IMG/VR virus record: IMGVR_UViG_3300023110_000035
Coordinates: 1 to 62,417 of that record
Length of the DNA: 62,417 nucleotides
From: a virus
Taxonomy: Duplodnaviria > Caudoviricetes
Direction: 5' to 3' (one strand)
The notes under the pieces were generated by a model. That model did not search any database. It was not told where the DNA came from and saw only the letters and a list, made by a program, of their open reading frames with translations. This document shows positions 58,101-62,417 of the stretch, in pieces (the first letter of the stretch is position 1; each line of letters starts with the position of its first letter). A program made the position numbers and the translations under genes.

Positions 58101-60254
58101 ATTATCAACAACACCAGCTGCATATTTTATAGCAGTAAGTGTTGGACTTTTCTGAATAGTTGTTGCCTCAGATGGATATAGATAATAGAAGTTACCATTT
58201 CTTACCGATTCCTCGTTTCCACCAAATAATAAATCATGTGCTGCGCCACTAATGATATATCCTAAATCTCTTTCACATTTAGATTCAGAGTAGTAAAATT
58301 CACTCCAAGAAGATGAAAGATATGCAATCGTTTCTTTTTGAATAAATGGTATATTTTCTTTTAATAAAGTATATGCATTTTGATAATCAATTGTTGGGTT
58401 TTCAAAAGAAGAACTTTCAACTATTGTTGGTGCTGAACCTGTTCCATTATCTAAAATATTATAAACTGTTGAAAATGATGAACTAACTATTTCCCTAACA
58501 TCTAATGATGCACTTAAATCAGTTATATACTGAGAAGTGTTTGTTACTTTATATGATTCCGAAGTATTAGTTTCAATATCAGGTATAACATCAACACCAT
58601 TTTTAATAATCGAAATAACAGTATCAAATCTACTACTTATTGTATTTTTAGTATCATCAGTTACTGCTGATGTTTTGTATTCATCAACCCCAGTTACTTT
58701 AATTGGAGGGTTATCAGGAGTTGGAATTAAGCTTTCTACGTTTCCAACATTATCTACATAAGTATATGATGATGTAGCTGCGTTACCTCTTTCAATTATA
58801 TCTAAAACAATATCATAATTAGAGTTGATTGTATTTAAATCAGCTTCAGATGCCGTAGTTGATGAAGTTATTTGATTATCACCACTAACATTCCATATTG
58901 AACCTGAGTTATATCCCCTATCCGATGATAATGCTAGAATAGGAATCTTATCTTCAACTCCTCTTTCAATAAGATTAGATATTAATCTATAATCAGATAC
59001 AACTGTTTTTGCATCTTTATCTTTTGCTTGTGCACCTGTATTGAATATTTGTAATTCATCAGTTACCTTAATACCATCTTCGGTATTTGTAACTAAATCA
59101 GGAATTTCATCCAACCCCCTTTCAATCGTATCAACGATGATAGAGTAATTATCTTGTACATTCAAAAATGCCTCAGTATTACCACCACTACCAGTGATAA
59201 AACGAGAACCAGAAGCATACATACCAAAATCACCAAATGAGGTGTTCGAGTTAAGTAATACTGCTTGTCCACCATCAATTACCTTTACCGAGTATGCTGA
59301 GAAGTTTGTAAAGAATGATACTAACTGAATAAATCCTCTACCTACAACTTGACAACCAACACCATTAGGTGCAACCTGTGTATATGCATCCAATACCATT
59401 GATGCAAGAGGTGAATCTGGATGGATTCTATTACCATCTACATTCAATCCACCACCACCAGCAGGAATATCTTCATATGCTTCTAAGAATGAGTTTTCCT
59501 GATTGGAAATCATTGAACAGTTCTGAACATAAGGAGATGTTGTAATAAATGCGTTTGGAGCAAATGATATTGCAAAACCTTTCTGGGAATCATCAACTGA
59601 TGGAAATACTCTTAATCCAGCAAAAGTCATCTCTGCTAAATAGTTACCACTATTTACCCAAAATAAATCTTCGTTTTCATTCTTAGCAACAACTTTGGTA
59701 ACCCTTAAACCAGCTCCCCAAACAGTTGTGTTTCTTGGAAGTTCAACTGGATTATCTTCTAAGTAAGTACCAGCTTGTACATCAATTCTAAAACCAGTAA
59801 AGTTAGAACCAGTAGGTAATCCATATCTACCATCATCACCAGGTGTTACAATTTGAGCAGCTCTTTTTATTGTTTTTACAGGAAATTGAGGTGAACGTCC
59901 ATCATTGGAATCATCACCTCTAGTAGCAGATACATAAACTGTTGCATCACTACCTCCGAATTCTGCTACTGGAATACCACCAAATCTTTGAGTATCAACT
60001 GATACATCGGAAAAGGATGCCGTAGCATCTAATCTACTTTCTGCTCTAGCAAATGTTAAATCACCATCAATATTAACCGAACCAGTAATTTCAACTGAAC
60101 CTGTTATTATTTGTGGTGTAGTTAAATCACTTCCTATATTAATTGATTGAGATACTAATAAAGAACCTGATATGGAGACGTTATTATTTACGGATATGGA
60201 ATCCTTAAAAATATTTACTTCTTCAATCTGCTTTTGTGGTATTAATCTAGCCAT
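46167..60254 (-). CDS. Giant multi-repeat virion structural protein (4695 aa)
   Basis: Pectin-lyase/beta-helix-like N-terminus ([25 protein letters not shown]...AGTYLE..P...SPYVQNCS). Also 17 CxRD..I.[DS]..D...GGN repeats and three blocks of four FTCD/HTFVS beta-domains. C-terminus recalls T4-like cyanophage structural proteins. Confidence 0.85.
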   Translation of the reverse strand: [4695 protein letters not shown]

Positions 60255-60256
60255 TG

Positions 60257-60640
60257 TTATAGAATCTCTGCAATTTTACCTTTAACTTCAAAATCAGTTC
60301 TAACCACATCGGCAGGAACTCGAGTAATATTTTCCGTAAATGTTATGGTTATTGATGTATCATCAAATGTAACACCATACCTATCGTTTGGTTGCTTTAC
60401 TCCATATAAATATACATCTAAATAATCTTTCGAATCCGCAACAACTAAATCCTCATAAACAAATCTATATCCATTTAATACCAATGTAAAGTTATCACCA
60501 TCTAAAGAAATTGAAGTGGGTATTACTTCAAAAATGAATGTATCATCAATAACTTCTAATACAAAATTTTTAAAAGCTTCCCTATCTCTTTTTTTGGTAA
60601 TACTACCTAAATCTATATGTGGTTTTGGTCTTGTTGGCAT
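60257..60640 (-). CDS. Hypothetical neck-region protein (127 aa)
   Basis: Start overlaps the stop of the upstream gene. C-terminal beta-domain resembles those of 60640..61014 and 61011..62099. Confidence 0.7.
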   Translation of the reverse strand: MPTRPKPHIDLGSITKKRDREAFKNFVLEVIDDTFIFEVIPTSISLDGDNFTLVLNGYRFVYEDLVVADSKDYLDVYLYGVKQPNDRYGVTFDDTSITITFTENITRVPADVVRTDFEVKGKIAEIL

Positions 60641-61014
60641 TATCTTATTGTTTCTAAATCTCCTTCAATTTTTACTTCATCATCAACTTCAAATGCCCAA
60701 GGTTGTCCATAGTCTGGGTCATTTGTATTTTCAATTGTTGCTGGAAAGTTTTCTCTAATAAATTCTATATGAAAATCATTTCCAACTTGCTTGTATCTAT
60801 AATCTCTTGGAGCTATATAACCACCCCAAACAAATACATCAAATCTATTTTTTTCTTTTCGTTTAGTAGATAACCTACTATCTAAAATTTTTAACCTACA
60901 ATTTTCTACTTTCCAAATCCAATATAAAGGATGAACTAAATCGTGAGGAACCATAACGAATTCATTTGGTTCGTTAACCTGTTTCATTATATCCTTTAGT
61001 GTCTTTATATTCAT
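60640..61014 (-). CDS. Hypothetical neck-region protein (124 aa)
   Basis: ATGA overlap with the tail terminator gene. Ends DDEVKIEGDL, similar to NDEIDIVGKF. Confidence 0.7.
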   Translation of the reverse strand: MNIKTLKDIMKQVNEPNEFVMVPHDLVHPLYWIWKVENCRLKILDSRLSTKRKEKNRFDVFVWGGYIAPRDYRYKQVGNDFHIEFIRENFPATIENTNDPDYGQPWAFEVDDEVKIEGDLETIR

Positions 61015-62099
61015 AGTTGTTCAAATTTACCCACAATATCTATTTCATCGTTTGCATCTAATTGAAACCCTAAAGTATTATTAAATGTAAATGATATTTC
61101 ATTTGTAGCTCCATTAAAAGAATAAGTGTATGTAGATGCTGGTTTAAATTCCGTATTTATATAAACTCTAAACCAATTTAATGTATCAAACGAACCTATC
61201 AATTCCGTTGGTAAAATAGGTTTTCTTACATTTGTTATTTTTACAATAGCACCATCACCAGTTACTGAATCACCTCCCATAACTAATTCAGCTTTTTGAG
61301 AACTTCTAATAGCAACAAAATCAATAACATTTTGATATTCATTATAAATGTTAGGATTTGTAAATGTTGTCCCACTTAAATCAGTTTCAACACCCCATAC
61401 AACTTTCTTTGGTGTGAATGATTTTTTAACAGTTGGCTTCTCATCATATGTTTCAGGAAGTAGGTAAGCGTTCACTACCATAGTGAAAGAAGTTCTAATG
61501 ATTCTTTCTGAACCCTCTCCTACTTCTTGTTGATTATCAAATGAATCAATACGAGTTCTAAATTTGAATCCATCATCTTTACCCCAATACCTATCAGTAG
61601 CATATTGAAATGCTTCTACAATTTTATTCATATGTTCGGTGAATGATGTCCAAATCATTACCTCATAAGTTACAGTTACATAATCAGGTACCGAAACTTC
61701 ATATTGTTCAAATGCCCTTTGTGCTCCACTTTGTAGTGAAAATCTTTCATATCTATTTTGTTTAGAATATTTTTTATAAGCTGGTAGAGTATTTACGTCT
61801 TTAAATTGTGCTAAATTTGTATCTCTTTCAATAGAATTTCTTTTGAACATTACTAAAGGAATTTGAATCCTACCTCTTTGGTCTCTCAAATATCCTTTTG
61901 CTCTAGCATTATTCCATCTTTCAGCATTACCATATAATAGAGGAACCTTAACTTTACTATTGTGTTCTTCTACATCAGGTATAATAGTATCTACCATATA
62001 CTCAGCAATAGTAGTATCTACATCTAAAAGTTTAACACCTTTAGTGTACTCCTTATCTATACCTCTTTGTAATGCTCTATTTGTTTCTTTCTTATTCAT
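61011..62099 (-). CDS. Tail terminator / sheath stabiliser (T4 gp15-like) with C-terminal extension
   Basis: KVPLLYGNAERW...IQIPLVMFKR.SIERD...PDYVTVTYEVMIWT...MNKIVE...ERIIRTSFTMVVNAYLLP. Confidence 0.75.
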   Translation of the reverse strand: MNKKETNRALQRGIDKEYTKGVKLLDVDTTIAEYMVDTIIPDVEEHNSKVKVPLLYGNAERWNNARAKGYLRDQRGRIQIPLVMFKRNSIERDTNLAQFKDVNTLPAYKKYSKQNRYERFSLQSGAQRAFEQYEVSVPDYVTVTYEVMIWTSFTEHMNKIVEAFQYATDRYWGKDDGFKFRTRIDSFDNQQEVGEGSERIIRTSFTMVVNAYLLPETYDEKPTVKKSFTPKKVVWGVETDLSGTTFTNPNIYNEYQNVIDFVAIRSSQKAELVMGGDSVTGDGAIVKITNVRKPILPTELIGSFDTLNWFRVYINTEFKPASTYTYSFNGATNEISFTFNNTLGFQLDANDEIDIVGKFEQL

Positions 62100-62416
62100 T
62101 ATATAACTCTCATTTCAGTTTGAATAGAACTTCTTCTTGTCATAAATGTTGATGCAATAATTGAGAATTTCTCTCCAGTTTGTCCACCAATTAATTGGTC
62201 CTCTCTTACATTATCAATTTCAAAGTATGCATCGTTATGCATAATAATATCACCTATTTCTGGATAGAATCCTTTACCTTTTAATGTAATACGATTAAAT
62301 CTAAATTCTACGTTTTGTCCACTATCAGGTCCGAATCCTTCGTAAGAAACCGAAGAATCATCTCTTTCAATTACCGCAGTACATTCCGTACCTTGATAAT
62401 ATGATTTATTTAGAGA
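62099..62416 (-). CDS. Partial (3' end) neck/head-completion protein (T4 gp14-like)
   Basis: Not in the ORF track. Manual translation gives SLNKSYYQGTECTAVIERDD...FYPEIGDIIMHNDAYFEIDNVREDQLIGG...EMRVI*. Its TAA overlaps the next ATG (TAATG). Confidence 0.65.
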   Translation of the reverse strand, partial: SLNKSYYQGTECTAVIERDDSSVSYEGFGPDSGQNVEFRFNRITLKGKGFYPEIGDIIMHNDAYFEIDNVREDQLIGGQTGEKFSIIASTFMTRRSSIQTEMRVI

Positions 62417-62417
62417 T

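Noticed and set aside
1-62417. Stop-codon reassignment, tRNA/rRNA genes, introns or inteins
   Set aside because: The standard code gives near-complete coding density with very long ORFs. Intergenic gaps are short and AT-rich, and I recognised no such elements by eye.

Overview
This is a 62.4-kb AT-rich segment of a large tailed phage with a contractile tail, or possibly a prophage. Essentially all real genes are on the minus strand and use the standard code. In transcription order (right to left) it encodes: a partial neck/head-completion protein; a gp15-like tail terminator plus two small paralogous neck proteins; three giant fibre/appendage proteins (4695, 4577 and 3781 aa, about 39 kb together) with adaptor, chaperone and tip genes; tail sheath; tail tube; a tail-assembly chaperone pair joined by a probable +1 frameshift; tape measure; baseplate proteins; a minimal, apparently thumb-less family-A DNA polymerase; hypothetical proteins; and an amidase endolysin. 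A TTTG-N20-TATATTTG promoter points to a Bacteroidota host. A 9-bp motif, ATATTTATA, precedes nine genes and is a candidate late promoter. The most striking feature is the giant appendage cluster. It carries 17 repeats resembling the bilin-binding Cys84 helix of phycobiliproteins, three cupredoxin-like domains with a full His/Cys/His/Met ligand set, nested beta-domains and long Gly-X-Y Ser/Thr tracts. All family assignments come from motif recognition by eye, with no database searches, and sub-gene coordinates are approximate.
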